From assembly GCA_001805445.1 (NCBI GenBank), contig MHGF01000023.1, positions 18,859 to 82,858 on the forward strand: DNA of 64,000 nucleotides, written 5' to 3'. Of the stretch, positions 27,764 to 37,893 are shown piece after piece. This stretch comes from Omnitrophica WOR_2 bacterium GWF2_43_52. Its GTDB lineage: Bacteria; Omnitrophota; Gorgyraeia; Gygaellales; UBA12090. The position numbers and the translations under genes are program-made. The notes under the pieces are model-generated. The model had not been told where the DNA came from and did not search any database. It saw only the letters and a program-made list of their open reading frames with translations. Position 1 is the stretch's first letter; every line of letters starts with the position of its first letter.

Positions 27764-30700
27764 ATGGAACCTTCCGAGAATATACAAAGAGCCGCAGAAA
27801 AAGATATCCGTTTCGCCGAACCTACCTTTATTGACCCTTTGACGAGATTATATAACCAATACTATCTTTTCCAGTTTCTTCCAGAGGAGATTAAAAAAGC
27901 GAATTTAGGGAATTATTCCTTGGCAGTCTTTATGATTGACTTGGACGGTTTTAAATATGTCAATGATACCTATGGCCACCTCTGCGGGGATGATGTTTTA
28001 AAGCAGATGGCAGAGATCCTTAAAAAATCAGTGCGCCAGACCGATATGGTGATTCGCTACGCGGGCGATGAATTTACCATTCTTTTGCCGGGCGTTGATT
28101 TGGCGCGGGTTGAAAAGTTGTCTGGGCAGCTTATAGAAAATGTCGCGAAAAACCCTTTTAAGGGATTAGAGGGAGAAAGCCTGAATCTGACCATAAGCAT
28201 GGGTTTTGCTATGTGCCCTGAAGATGGTACCGAGGTAGACAGGCTGATAGAATTGGCGGATAAGGCGCTCTACTTATCGAAACAGAGAGGGAAAAACCGT
28301 GTTTCTCAGGCAAAAGAAGTAACCCAGGAGAAAGTAAGTTCCCTTATCGCGTTGGATTCATTTCCTTGCCCCGCGTTTATCGATAGGCGCAAGGAAATAG
28401 ACACGCTCGCAAATATCTTTGATACGAAAGTATCGCAGGATAATTCATTACAGATGGCATTGATTTCCGGTGACGCGGGAATCGGCAAGTCTCGGCTGCT
28501 GACAGAATTAAATAATTATGTCCATGATAAGGCGGTTGTCATTGGCTGCCATGCTTCTCTTACGCACAAGGGGAATCCTTATTTTCTCTTTGCCCAGGGG
28601 ATCTCAAATTATATTCAGAAGATCGGCCCGCGTAATCCTCAGCTTGCTAATCTTCTCGCTAATGTCCCTATTGAAGAAGTCACAGAGCTCAGCCGAATCA
28701 TCCCCTTATTAGCTCCTCTGGTTGGAAGTTCGCAGGAGGTATCAGGAGAGGATAAGAAAGCGCGATTTTTACTCTTTAAGGGATTGCTTGACTTTTTTAT
28801 AGAGCTTACGCGCCATTCGGCGGTTGTATTTTCGTTTGATGACCTGCAATGGGCAGATAAGGCAAGTATCGAGCTGTTGCGCTACCTTTCCAAACAGGAA
28901 AAAAACAGGCGCATATTTATCGTATGCAGCCTTTCAGGGGATAGCTATGGAGAAGCAGTCAGGGATAATTATTTCAGGCCTTGGCAGGAAGAATTGAGCC
29001 TTATGGATAACGTTGCCGTAGTAAAGCTATCAACCCTTTCGTCAGAAGACGCGTCGAAAATGGTTGATGCTATTTTTCCCGGGACAGGCAGGGATGGGGA
29101 ATTTTGTAAGTCATTGTACGCGGCCACAAAGGGAAACCCTTCTTTTATTGAAGAAGTGCTGAAGTCGCTTGTGGAGAATTCGGTGATTCTGTATCAGGAT
29201 AACCGCTGGATGATAAAAAAAGAACTGTATAACCAGGGAACGTCATTTTCGCTGGAGGAGATTATCAAAAAACGCTTGAAAAGCCTGGATGAAGAGACCA
29301 AGGAGATGATTGTCCAGGCGGCAGTCATCGGGGAAGATTTTTCGCTTGATTTTTTAAGGAAGATCGATAATCGTGATGAAGGGTTTATGCTTGAGCTTTT
29401 AAACCGGGCAAAGAAAATGCGTTTGATAGATGAGACCGAACAAAAAGGCAAATACGGCTTTATCAATAAAAATATACAGCATATGCTCTATAACGAATTA
29501 AATGAAGAAGAGCGCGCACAGCTTCATCATAAGATTGCCAATGTTCTCGGCCAAGAGCATAAAGACAATTTATCCCAAGTGGCAGGAGAAATGGCATTCC
29601 ATTATACCCAGGCGCCCGGACAGGAGAAATCGGATGAGTTTCGTAGGACGCTTCTGGAAAAAGCCTCGGAACTTTTCAGCCCGGTCGAGATTGTCGAATA
29701 CCTCGATAACCTTTCAAAAAAAGCTCCTCTGGCAGAAGAAAAGGTGCTTCCCCTTACTGATGAAGCGCTTATTCATGAGGCAGTGAGGTTTGTTCGAATG
29801 CTTCAGAACGCCAGAAAGGTTTTTCATTTGTATCCTCCGGGAGCGATGAGAATCAACGCGGTGCAGGAGGCATTTGGCCTGGTAGAGCATATACTGAAAA
29901 GCACCGCGATGGTTGTGATAAGCCAGTCAGAAAGAAGGCTGCTTCTTAACGGAGAAGCAGTGATTATTAAAGAGGTTGATCAGGCAAGCGTTGAGAGTTT
30001 TTTGCAGCTTTTGTTGGAATATAATATCCAGTCACTATCCTTTAAGAACGGCATTATTCCCGAGGAATTGAATATTTTTCTCGATTACGCCAGTGCTCCT
30101 TCGGAAAAGATTAAGGAAAAAGGCGGCTGGGGGGCAATTTTCAATAAGGAAACCATGAAATCCCTCAAGGTTAATGACGCGCGTTTCGCGCAACCTGCGG
30201 GGCAGGAAAAAGAATCGGGAAAGAAAGATAAGCTCAAAGATATGATGCTCATGGAATTTTTCTTGGGTAAAGCAGGTATGGGAGGGATAGATAAAAAAAC
30301 GGTTATTAGTACAATCGAGAACGAACCGCAGAGTTTTGCCCGCACGCTTCAGGAAGCAGCCAAAGAATCGCTCAAGGAGGGTAAGACCAAGGATGAGGCA
30401 AAGGCGGTTACCGAAAGCATTGAAAAGATACATTCGCAGATATTCGGTAAGCAGCTGCAAAAAGCCTCTGACCCTAAGGCATTGGCCCGGATTATTATAG
30501 AGCTTGAACCGGGATTAAGAACCCGGGTTATACGGCTTCATTTGAAGGAGCAATCTTTGAAGACACCCGATACAAAAGACGATATGCTGTACGTGCTTCC
30601 TGAGGCGATTATCGTTGAGGCGCTTATCGTGGAATATAAGGAGTCCCAGGGAAATCTTATTGTCGTTAAGGCTTGCTTTGACAAAGCCTTTGGCAATGAC

Positions 30701-31843
30701 GCGGCAAGAAAACAGGCGGCATTAGCTTTATTAGAAGTATCGCTGGGTGAGCTTCAGGCGGAGAAAAGCGCCGCGCCTTTTATCGGCGGGCAGTTTCCCT
30801 GGGAGAATGTTTCACTTCCCGCGCGCCTGGAGACTCTTGCTAGCTTGCCGGATAACTATTACCCTGCTGAATTAGGAAAAATAAAATTATTATTGGAAGA
30901 GTTAACCTCGCATCAGAAGCCGGTGGAGTTGGAAAAATTTATATCGCACCTGCTTGCGAAAGTAGGCAAGTTTGACCCCTTGATCCGTAAGGACATTATT
31001 ATGGCGCTCTCTGGCGTAGTGAAAACATCGTTATGTAACGATACTATTGACAGCCTTAAAATGCAGGATAGGTTAGGAATTATATGGAAACTTTTAAAGG
31101 CTGAATCACAGCCAAGAGAATTCCGTGTTTTACTGGATATCCTTCGGGATGCCTGCAGGGAACTTGCTTCTCATTTGCAATTACTGGGTGATGTGGTTCT
31201 TGAAAGAGACAAGCCTGAAGTGAAGAAATATGTCGCGTTTATACGCCAGCTTTGTTTTTCCCTTGGAGAGGCAATGCAAAAAGAAAAAAACAGTGATTCG
31301 GAAATATGCAAGCTTGCCGCCGGATTTATAAAAGATATAGTGTATGGCAGGCTTTTAGAGGTTTTCGCCTATGCTGTTGTCAGTGCTTCTGGAGAAGAAA
31401 GAGCGAAGGTAAAGATACTCTTTCCTTTTATTTACGAGAAACTAGCGGATGCTGTGATCGCTTTTCATGCCTCCAAGGATATAAAGTTTGGAGATTCGTT
31501 TTCAGAGTACGCGATAATCAAGGGAAGCGCTGATGTTTTGCTGGAACTTGGGGAGCCGGCATTGCATAGGCTAAAGCAGAAATTATCCCAGGCACGCGAT
31601 GATATATCCGTATCACTCATTGAGTTAATCAAACACCTTAATAAAGAGGAATTAATAGAGCCGTTATCTTCACTGATTCACCACAAAAATCAGGTAATAC
31701 GCTATAAGGTGATTGTAGCTTTAGCCGCTATCGGAACCCAGAAGGCGCACGAAGTGCTTGTTGGGGCGCTCAAGGGAGAGAAAGATAAAAGGATGCGGTC
31801 GTTACTTAAAGACGAAGTGCGTAAGTTAAAGGCGAAAAGATAA
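27764..31843 (+). CDS. Diguanylate cyclase (GGDEF) - STAND-like AAA NTPase - helical/HEAT-repeat protein
   Basis: DPLTRLYN, DLDGFKYVND, RQTD I-site, RYAGDEF; FIDRRKE, Walker A GDAGIGKS, Walker B FSFDDLQWAD, GNPSFIEE; C-terminal HEAT-like 'IRYKVIVALAAIG'. Confidence 0.88.
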   Translation: MEPSENIQRAAEKDIRFAEPTFIDPLTRLYNQYYLFQFLPEEIKKANLGNYSLAVFMIDLDGFKYVNDTYGHLCGDDVLKQMAEILKKSVRQTDMVIRYAGDEFTILLPGVDLARVEKLSGQLIENVAKNPFKGLEGESLNLTISMGFAMCPEDGTEVDRLIELADKALYLSKQRGKNRVSQAKEVTQEKVSSLIALDSFPCPAFIDRRKEIDTLANIFDTKVSQDNSLQMALISGDAGIGKSRLLTELNNYVHDKAVVIGCHASLTHKGNPYFLFAQGISNYIQKIGPRNPQLANLLANVPIEEVTELSRIIPLLAPLVGSSQEVSGEDKKARFLLFKGLLDFFIELTRHSAVVFSFDDLQWADKASIELLRYLSKQEKNRRIFIVCSLSGDSYGEAVRDNYFRPWQEELSLMDNVAVVKLSTLSSEDASKMVDAIFPGTGRDGEFCKSLYAATKGNPSFIEEVLKSLVENSVILYQDNRWMIKKELYNQGTSFSLEEIIKKRLKSLDEETKEMIVQAAVIGEDFSLDFLRKIDNRDEGFMLELLNRAKKMRLIDETEQKGKYGFINKNIQHMLYNELNEEERAQLHHKIANVLGQEHKDNLSQVAGEMAFHYTQAPGQEKSDEFRRTLLEKASELFSPVEIVEYLDNLSKKAPLAEEKVLPLTDEALIHEAVRFVRMLQNARKVFHLYPPGAMRINAVQEAFGLVEHILKSTAMVVISQSERRLLLNGEAVIIKEVDQASVESFLQLLLEYNIQSLSFKNGIIPEELNIFLDYASAPSEKIKEKGGWGAIFNKETMKSLKVNDARFAQPAGQEKESGKKDKLKDMMLMEFFLGKAGMGGIDKKTVISTIENEPQSFARTLQEAAKESLKEGKTKDEAKAVTESIEKIHSQIFGKQLQKASDPKALARIIIELEPGLRTRVIRLHLKEQSLKTPDTKDDMLYVLPEAIIVEALIVEYKESQGNLIVVKACFDKAFGNDAARKQAALALLEVSLGELQAEKSAAPFIGGQFPWENVSLPARLETLASLPDNYYPAELGKIKLLLEELTSHQKPVELEKFISHLLAKVGKFDPLIRKDIIMALSGVVKTSLCNDTIDSLKMQDRLGIIWKLLKAESQPREFRVLLDILRDACRELASHLQLLGDVVLERDKPEVKKYVAFIRQLCFSLGEAMQKEKNSDSEICKLAAGFIKDIVYGRLLEVFAYAVVSASGEERAKVKILFPFIYEKLADAVIAFHASKDIKFGDSFSEYAIIKGSADVLLELGEPALHRLKQKLSQARDDISVSLIELIKHLNKEELIEPLSSLIHHKNQVIRYKVIVALAAIGTQKAHEVLVGALKGEKDKRMRSLLKDEVRKLKAKR

Positions 31844-31846
31844 ACA

Positions 31847-32302
31847 ATGTCACCGCTCAGGCGTGTTAAGGCAAAAATCGGGGATTTGCTGCTACAGGAT
31901 GGCCTCATTACCGAGGCGCAGCTGCAGGAGGCCATTTCTTTGCAGAAGACTAATGCTAAAGACAAGACCTTGGGGCAAATTTTGTTAGAATTCGGGTATG
32001 TCAAGAAAGATGATTTATATACCGTTTTGGCTGTTCAAAGCGGCTATCCTTATCTTGCTATTCATCATTGCGTTGTCAATCCCAAGGTCTTAGCGCTTTT
32101 ACCGGAATCAGTAGTAAGAAAACATCAGGCGTTTCCTATTGATAAAATCCATGATATTTTTACCGTCGCCATGGTAAATCCTCTGGATAGGGCTGCTCTT
32201 GAGCAGATTGAAGATCTTGTTCAAAGCAGGGTGAGGGTTTTTTTAACAACGCCCGCGGATTTGGAAAAGGCGTTGAACCGCTACTATAGCGTAAAAACGT
32301 AG
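31847..32302 (+). CDS. Stand-alone MshEN / PilB N-terminal domain protein (putative c-di-GMP receptor)
   Basis: KIGDLLLQDGLITEAQLQEAISLQ...TLGQILLEFGYV tandem motif plus VAMVNPLD N1 subdomain; no ATPase domain. Confidence 0.88.
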   Translation: MSPLRRVKAKIGDLLLQDGLITEAQLQEAISLQKTNAKDKTLGQILLEFGYVKKDDLYTVLAVQSGYPYLAIHHCVVNPKVLALLPESVVRKHQAFPIDKIHDIFTVAMVNPLDRAALEQIEDLVQSRVRVFLTTPADLEKALNRYYSVKT

Positions 32303-32359
32303 GGGGACGACATTTGTTTTTCGTCTCCTGCTTTATTATCATAACCTATAGATAAGCAC

Positions 32360-33592
32360 ATGCCGCCATCTGAAAAAAACGAAAAGCCGATACAAGAGCC
32401 AGCCATCCCCTCGGGTGTCATTGATGATAATCCTGTTGTGCTGGCGGTCAATAAGATTCTGGTTGAGGGAATAGAGAAAGGTTCAAGCGACATTTTGATC
32501 GAACCGTTAGATAATGAAGTGCAGGTGCGCTACCGGATTGACGGAATACTTCACAGGATGCATCTTTTTCCTAAAAGCTTTCAGGATGGAATCGTAGGCC
32601 GTATAAAGGTAATGTCCGGGCTGGATATCAGTGAGCACAGGCTTCCTCAGGACGGAAGGCTGAAAATGACGTATAGCTCTAAGGAGGTAGATTTACGGGT
32701 TTCTGTTCTGCCCGCGAGCCTGGGTGAAAAAGTAGTATTGAGAGTATTGGATAAATCAAGGACCGTGCTTGATATCAGTACCTTAGGATTTGACCAGCGC
32801 ACGCTTGAGCTGTTAAAGGTTAATTTAGTTAAGCCGGTAGGCATGATTTTGGTTTGTGGAGCAACAGGTTCCGGAAAGACGACAACACTCTATTCCGCGG
32901 TACAATACATTGATTCTATCGATAAGAATATCGTTACCGTTGAAGACCCCGTAGAATACCAATTGTACGGGATCAATCAAGTAGCGGTCTCTGAAGATAT
33001 AGGGCTGAATTTCGCCTCTGCCTTGCGCTCCATACTGCGCCAGGACCCCGATGTGGTGCTTGTGGGAGAAATAAGGGATTTTGAAGCTGCCGACATCGCT
33101 ATTAAGGCATCGTTAACCGGCCACCTGCTTTTAAGCACGCTCCACACCATTTCCGCGACCGGGTCTACGGTGCGTTTGATGAATATGGGCATAGAGCCGT
33201 TTCTCATTGCCTCGTCGTGCCTTTTAGTGGTAGCGCAGGTTTTAGCGCGCCTCTTGTGCCCTAAGTGTAAAGAGCCCTATCATCCGTCAAAAGAAGTAGC
33301 GGATGTTCTTCGGGCTTCTCATCTTAGCCTGGATGAACAAACAGTGTTGTATCGGAAGAAAGGCTGCAACGAGTGCAATCATGCCGGGTTTAAAGGAAGG
33401 ACGGTCGTTGCTGAAAGTTTAGAGATTACCGCTAGTATCAGAGATTTGATTATCGCGCGCGCGTCGGAACAAGATATCAGGAATGCCGCCTATAAAGAGG
33501 GGATGGTAAGTATCAGCGAGAATGGCTTTCAATTAGTATTGGAAGGGCTTACCACGATGGATGAGATTTTACGCGTAACCTCTCTTGAATGA
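32360..33592 (+). CDS. PilB/GspE-family ATPase lacking the N1 domain
   Basis: RLPQDGR, GATGSGKT, TVEDPVE, LRQDPD..LVGEIRD, STLH, CPKC/CNEC zinc motif. Confidence 0.92.
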   Translation: MPPSEKNEKPIQEPAIPSGVIDDNPVVLAVNKILVEGIEKGSSDILIEPLDNEVQVRYRIDGILHRMHLFPKSFQDGIVGRIKVMSGLDISEHRLPQDGRLKMTYSSKEVDLRVSVLPASLGEKVVLRVLDKSRTVLDISTLGFDQRTLELLKVNLVKPVGMILVCGATGSGKTTTLYSAVQYIDSIDKNIVTVEDPVEYQLYGINQVAVSEDIGLNFASALRSILRQDPDVVLVGEIRDFEAADIAIKASLTGHLLLSTLHTISATGSTVRLMNMGIEPFLIASSCLLVVAQVLARLLCPKCKEPYHPSKEVADVLRASHLSLDEQTVLYRKKGCNECNHAGFKGRTVVAESLEITASIRDLIIARASEQDIRNAAYKEGMVSISENGFQLVLEGLTTMDEILRVTSLE

Positions 33593-35285
33593 GGTAAAAC
33601 GTTACATCGCTATGGATACGAAGAATCAAAATAACTATTCCGGTGATAAAATAAAGGGGGATACTCCTTTGTCAGCCTCTGTCTCCTTGCGGCTTGAGGC
33701 TGATTCGCTGGAGGAACTGCAGCTAAAGAAAATACTTTCTTTTTGCGAAGACCTGGATATCCCGGTCATTAACCTAGCCAACTATAAAATTCCTCCTGAA
33801 TTGCTGCGCTTAATTTCCGAAGATTTGGCAAGGACGTACAAAATTATTCCTGTGGCCAAATATGGGAATATGCTTACCGTCGCTACCGCGGATCCGTTTG
33901 ATATTGTGGCTATAGATAATTTTAAGACGATAACAAAATTAGACATCCGTCTGGTCTTAAGCGCTCCCGCGCAGATAGCCAAGGCCTTAAATGACTACTA
34001 TAGCGCGCTCAATTTAGAAAAGGCTATGGATGAGAATCAAGTCCTGGTAGAAGAAACGCTTAAGGTTGAGGCAGTTGCCAATGACGCGATAAATATTGAA
34101 GAGATCGCGGAATTAAGCCAGCAGGTACAGATAGTTGAGATGGTTAATAGTATTTTAACCGATGGCCTGAAGCAGCGTGCCTCAGATATCCACATTGAGC
34201 CCTATGCCCAGAAGTTCCGGATACGGTATCGTATCGATGGTATTTTACAGGAGAGAAAGCTTGCCATAGAGAAGCAGTATGAATACGCGGTGATTGCCCG
34301 GCTTAAGATCATGTCACAACTGGATATTACGCAGCGCAGGCTTCCTCAAGACGGAAGGATTTCGATTAAAGTAGCCGATAAAGAAATTGACCTTCGGGTA
34401 TCGGTCTTGCCGCTGGCTACCGGTGAAAAGATAGTCATGAGAATCCTGGAAAAAGGCAATGTGCAGGTAAACCTGGAAAAATTAGGGTTTTCTGCTACCG
34501 CGCAAGAAGCGTTTAGAAGGGTTATTCACAGGCCTAACGGCATGATCCTCGTTACCGGCCCTACCGGAAGCGGAAAGTCTACCACACTCTACGCGATATT
34601 AAGCCTTTTAAATGTTCCGGAAAAAAACTTGATTACTGTCGAAGATCCTGTAGAATATCAAATGAAAGGGATAACGCAGGTTCATGTGCGTTCAGATATC
34701 GGTTTGACCTTTGCCAGCGTTTTAAGGGCGATTTTGAGGCAGACCCCTGATGTTGTTATGGTGGGTGAAATCCGCGATTTTGAAACCGTGGATATAGCAA
34801 TTAAAGCAGCGCTCACCGGCCACCTTATCTTAAGCACCCTGCATACCAATGACGCCCCCAGCACCATTGTGCGCCTTATCAATATAGGGGTAGAGCCGTT
34901 TTTAATTGCCTCAACGGTTAATCTTATTGCCGCGCAGAGGCTTTGCCGTAAGATCTGCCAGCAATGCAAAGAATCCTATACCTTGCCTCCCATGAACCTG
35001 AAAGGATTACCCGCTGAATATAAGGATAAAAAAGCGATTTTTTTCCGGGGCAAGGGTTGTCCGCGGTGTAACAATACCGGTTATTACGGACGGGTGGCAA
35101 TAATCGAGGCGCTGGTGATGGATGATGTTGTACGCCAGATGATTACGGATAAGGTGCCGATACCGAATATTGCCGAGTACGCCCGTAAGCATGGGATGAA
35201 GACCTTGCGGGAAGATGCCATCGATAAATGTTTGTTAGGCGAGATTTCTTTAGAGGAAGCTTTACGGGTAACCCCTGAAGGCTAA
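33585..35285 (+). CDS. pilB: PilB/GspE-family pilus extension ATPase
   Basis: N1 'VATADPFD', ASDIHIEP, GPTGSGKS, MVGEIRD, STLHTND, CQQC/CPRC. Confidence 0.92.
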   Translation: MNEVKRYIAMDTKNQNNYSGDKIKGDTPLSASVSLRLEADSLEELQLKKILSFCEDLDIPVINLANYKIPPELLRLISEDLARTYKIIPVAKYGNMLTVATADPFDIVAIDNFKTITKLDIRLVLSAPAQIAKALNDYYSALNLEKAMDENQVLVEETLKVEAVANDAINIEEIAELSQQVQIVEMVNSILTDGLKQRASDIHIEPYAQKFRIRYRIDGILQERKLAIEKQYEYAVIARLKIMSQLDITQRRLPQDGRISIKVADKEIDLRVSVLPLATGEKIVMRILEKGNVQVNLEKLGFSATAQEAFRRVIHRPNGMILVTGPTGSGKSTTLYAILSLLNVPEKNLITVEDPVEYQMKGITQVHVRSDIGLTFASVLRAILRQTPDVVMVGEIRDFETVDIAIKAALTGHLILSTLHTNDAPSTIVRLINIGVEPFLIASTVNLIAAQRLCRKICQQCKESYTLPPMNLKGLPAEYKDKKAIFFRGKGCPRCNNTGYYGRVAIIEALVMDDVVRQMITDKVPIPNIAEYARKHGMKTLREDAIDKCLLGEISLEEALRVTPEG

Positions 35286-35289
35286 GCTC

Positions 35290-35421
35290 GTTACCACTGA
35301 GATACACGAATTCCCACGAATTGCACACTAATCATCACGAATACAGCGACGAAGTAATTCGTGTGTATTTGTGTGTAATTTGTGCCTATTCGTGCAAAAT
35401 AAAGGTTTTTCAGCAGTAACT
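35290..35421. mobile_element. MITE-like family B copy
   Basis: Near-identical to 53196-53340 over cacgaattcccacgaa...ttttcagcagtaact; internally palindromic. Confidence 0.8.
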
Positions 35422-35438
35422 AAACTATTAGAGGGAAA

Positions 35439-36647
35439 ATGTCACTTTTTAGCTATACGGCAACCGATTATAGCGGGCAGAAGATAACCGGAAGAATGGA
35501 GGCAAAAGACAGGGCTGTCCTTATCAATAATTTGAGGAAGAATCAGTTGGTTATCATCGCGATAAGGGAGCTCAAAGAATCGGAGGTCCGCGCGCTTAAG
35601 AAAAGCGGCAGGGTAAAGCTGGATGACTTGACGGTATGCTTCAGGCAGTTAGCCGCCTTGGTGAAAGCGGGCATTCCGCTGGTAAAAAGCTTGAATATCC
35701 TTTTTGCCCAGGCCGAGAGCCCTTTTTTGAAAGAAATTCTTTCCTCATTACTAGCTAAAATAGAATCCGGCACAAGCCTTTCCGAGGCAATGAGCAGTTA
35801 TCCCCAGGTATTTTTATCTATGCATATCAATATGATTAGGGCAGGTGAAGTTAGCGGTGCGCTGGAAACGATTTTAGAGAGGCTTGCTCTTTACTTAGAG
35901 TCATCAAGTAAACTTAACCGCAAGGTGAAATCCGCGATGATGTATCCTGCCGTGGTTATCAGTGTCGCGCTTATGATTACCACGGGTATATTTATCTTCG
36001 TCATCCCTCAGTTCCAGGGCATGTTTGCCTCGTTAGGGGCAAATTTACCGCTTCCTACGCAGATTATGATTAACTTAAGCAATTTTCTTCGGCAGTACTT
36101 TGTTGCCCTTATTATTTGTGGTATACTTCTATGGGTAGCTTTACAAAAGGTTATGGCGAAGCCACAGGTTAGGGTAAGATGGGACAGGATAAAGCTGGAT
36201 TTACCTGTGGCGGGAAAACTAATCCGTAAGATTGTCGTCGCCCGTTTCGCGCGGACAACCTCCACCTTGCTTAAAAGCGGAGTGACTATTCTTTCGGCCC
36301 TCGATATCGGCAGTAAGACCACGGAAAATAGGACTATTGAAATAACCTTGGCGAAAGTAATCAACAGAGTCAGTAAGGGAGAGAGAATTGGGGAGTCATT
36401 GGCAGAAAATAAGGTCTTTTCGCCCATGGTAGTCAGTCTTATCGCGGTAGGTGAGGAAACCGGAGACCTTGGCTCTATGCTGGATAAGATTGCCAGTTTT
36501 TATGAAGATGAGGTTGATACCGCCATTAGCGGGCTTACCTCTTTGCTTGAGCCGTTTATCATTGTCTTTTTAGGAGGCATGATCGGCACTATTGTGCTGT
36601 CGTTATTTTTGCCTATTTTTAAAATTACCCAATATGTGGGAAGGTAA
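35439..36647 (+). CDS. pilC: Type IV pilus platform protein PilC (GspF family)
   Basis: RQLAALVKAGIPL, AGEVSGAL, AMMYP, VGEETGDL, LLEPFII. Confidence 0.95.
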   Translation: MSLFSYTATDYSGQKITGRMEAKDRAVLINNLRKNQLVIIAIRELKESEVRALKKSGRVKLDDLTVCFRQLAALVKAGIPLVKSLNILFAQAESPFLKEILSSLLAKIESGTSLSEAMSSYPQVFLSMHINMIRAGEVSGALETILERLALYLESSSKLNRKVKSAMMYPAVVISVALMITTGIFIFVIPQFQGMFASLGANLPLPTQIMINLSNFLRQYFVALIICGILLWVALQKVMAKPQVRVRWDRIKLDLPVAGKLIRKIVVARFARTTSTLLKSGVTILSALDIGSKTTENRTIEITLAKVINRVSKGERIGESLAENKVFSPMVVSLIAVGEETGDLGSMLDKIASFYEDEVDTAISGLTSLLEPFIIVFLGGMIGTIVLSLFLPIFKITQYVGR

Positions 36648-36651
36648 GGAG

Positions 36652-37149
36652 ATGAACACGATGATAGGAAAGCAGAATACGGTAAGAAGGCAAAAGGCTG
36701 TTACCCTTATTGAGCTTTTAATTTCGCTTTTTATCGGGGTTGTGGTAATTGGCGCCTTGCTGGGGTTGGTTAATTATACCTCCGAATTGCAGGAAACATC
36801 GCGCAATAAAATGATTGCCTTAAACGACGCCCGGCAGGTTATTGAGCAGATAAAATATGCTGCCGATACCAGTTTTGATAATGCGATCAGCCAGTACAGC
36901 GCTGCCGCGAATCAGACGTTTACTCCCGCGGGATTAGACGCTAGAGGAAGGATTATCTTAAATAACGTAGCCGGAGGCGGCGGTGACCTTTATGATGTGA
37001 TGGTTCTTGTCTGCTGGAGGCAGCGAAGAAACAGGATAATCGGCGAGTGTGTAAATAGTGGCGGGGTGCTGCAATTTAGCGATTTGGATGGAGATGGAAA
37101 CCTTGAATCGCCTTGCTCGCTCACTACAGCTATCAGGAGGACGAATTAA
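36652..37149 (+). CDS. Minor pilin (PilV-like)
   Basis: AAGGAG RBS; QKA|VTLIELLISL prepilin signal; DLDGDGNLE loop. Confidence 0.8.
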   Translation: MNTMIGKQNTVRRQKAVTLIELLISLFIGVVVIGALLGLVNYTSELQETSRNKMIALNDARQVIEQIKYAADTSFDNAISQYSAAANQTFTPAGLDARGRIILNNVAGGGGDLYDVMVLVCWRQRRNRIIGECVNSGGVLQFSDLDGDGNLESPCSLTTAIRRTN

Positions 37150-37152
37150 CCT

Positions 37153-37725
37153 ATGAAAAAAGGATACAGCCTTTTGGAAGTCTTAATCGTGGCAGGCTTG
37201 ATTGTTGTGGTAACAGCTTTGCTATTGAATATGTCAAATACTTTTAATTTAAGCTGGGATGTCCAAAATGTCAAGATGGAATTAGACCAGCAGGCACGCC
37301 GCGGCATAGACGAGATGATAAGAGATTTATATGAGGCTACGTCTACTTCTGGTCAAACCACGGTTACTGCTAATAGCGTTAATTTCAGAGTCCCGGTAGT
37401 GGTTGATGACAATTTTCCTAATCCTCCGGATATTTATGACGCCAGCGGCAATATTTATTGGGGGGCAGACGGAGTAGTCGGCAATAATATTAGCTACCGC
37501 GTCAATTCAGGCCAGTTAGTAAGAGAAGTGATAAGCGGAACGAGTATAATCAGCAGCCGTGTCTACGCTAATAATGTTACAAACTTAGCTTTCACCCAGC
37601 AGCCTCCTAGCCCGCAGTTTCCCAGAGCTATAGCGATAAATATTACTTGCCAGAAGCCGGTGCGCAGGGGGTCTCTTACCCTGGCTAATTCCACTATGCA
37701 GTCACAGGTTACTCTGAGAAATTAA
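37153..37725 (+). CDS. Minor pilin (PilW-like)
   Basis: MKKG|YSLLEVLIV prepilin signal; ends 'SQVTLRN'. Confidence 0.85.
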   Translation: MKKGYSLLEVLIVAGLIVVVTALLLNMSNTFNLSWDVQNVKMELDQQARRGIDEMIRDLYEATSTSGQTTVTANSVNFRVPVVVDDNFPNPPDIYDASGNIYWGADGVVGNNISYRVNSGQLVREVISGTSIISSRVYANNVTNLAFTQQPPSPQFPRAIAINITCQKPVRRGSLTLANSTMQSQVTLRN

Positions 37726-37737
37726 CCCATGGCAACC

Positions 37738-37766
37738 TTGAAAAGTTACACACTCTATGATATACT
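37738..37766 (+). promoter_or_regulatory. Internal sigma70 promoter upstream of the riboswitch
   Basis: TTGAAA-17 nt-TATACT. Confidence 0.65.
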
Positions 37767-37788
37767 ATAAGTAGTAATTTAGAAAGAG

Positions 37789-37883
37789 ACCTATTGTTAA
37801 AGGCAAATCCGCCGTAAGGCGGAGACGCAAAGCCAATGAGCCCGCCAACGATATGTGGCGAGGTAGTCAGGTTGCCAAAGGGT
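37789..37883 (+). ncRNA. c-di-GMP-I (GEMM) riboswitch
   Basis: aaGGCAAA-tccgcc-GTAA-ggcgga-GACGCAAAGCC...GGTAGtcaGGTTGCC matches the GEMM consensus, with GNRA loop and P1 acctattg/caaagggt. Confidence 0.88.
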
Positions 37884-37893
37884 AATAAGTTTT

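Noticed and set aside
32300-32362. Stop-codon readthrough joining MshEN to the ATPase
   Set aside because: Two different in-frame stops (TAG and TAA) lie in the gap
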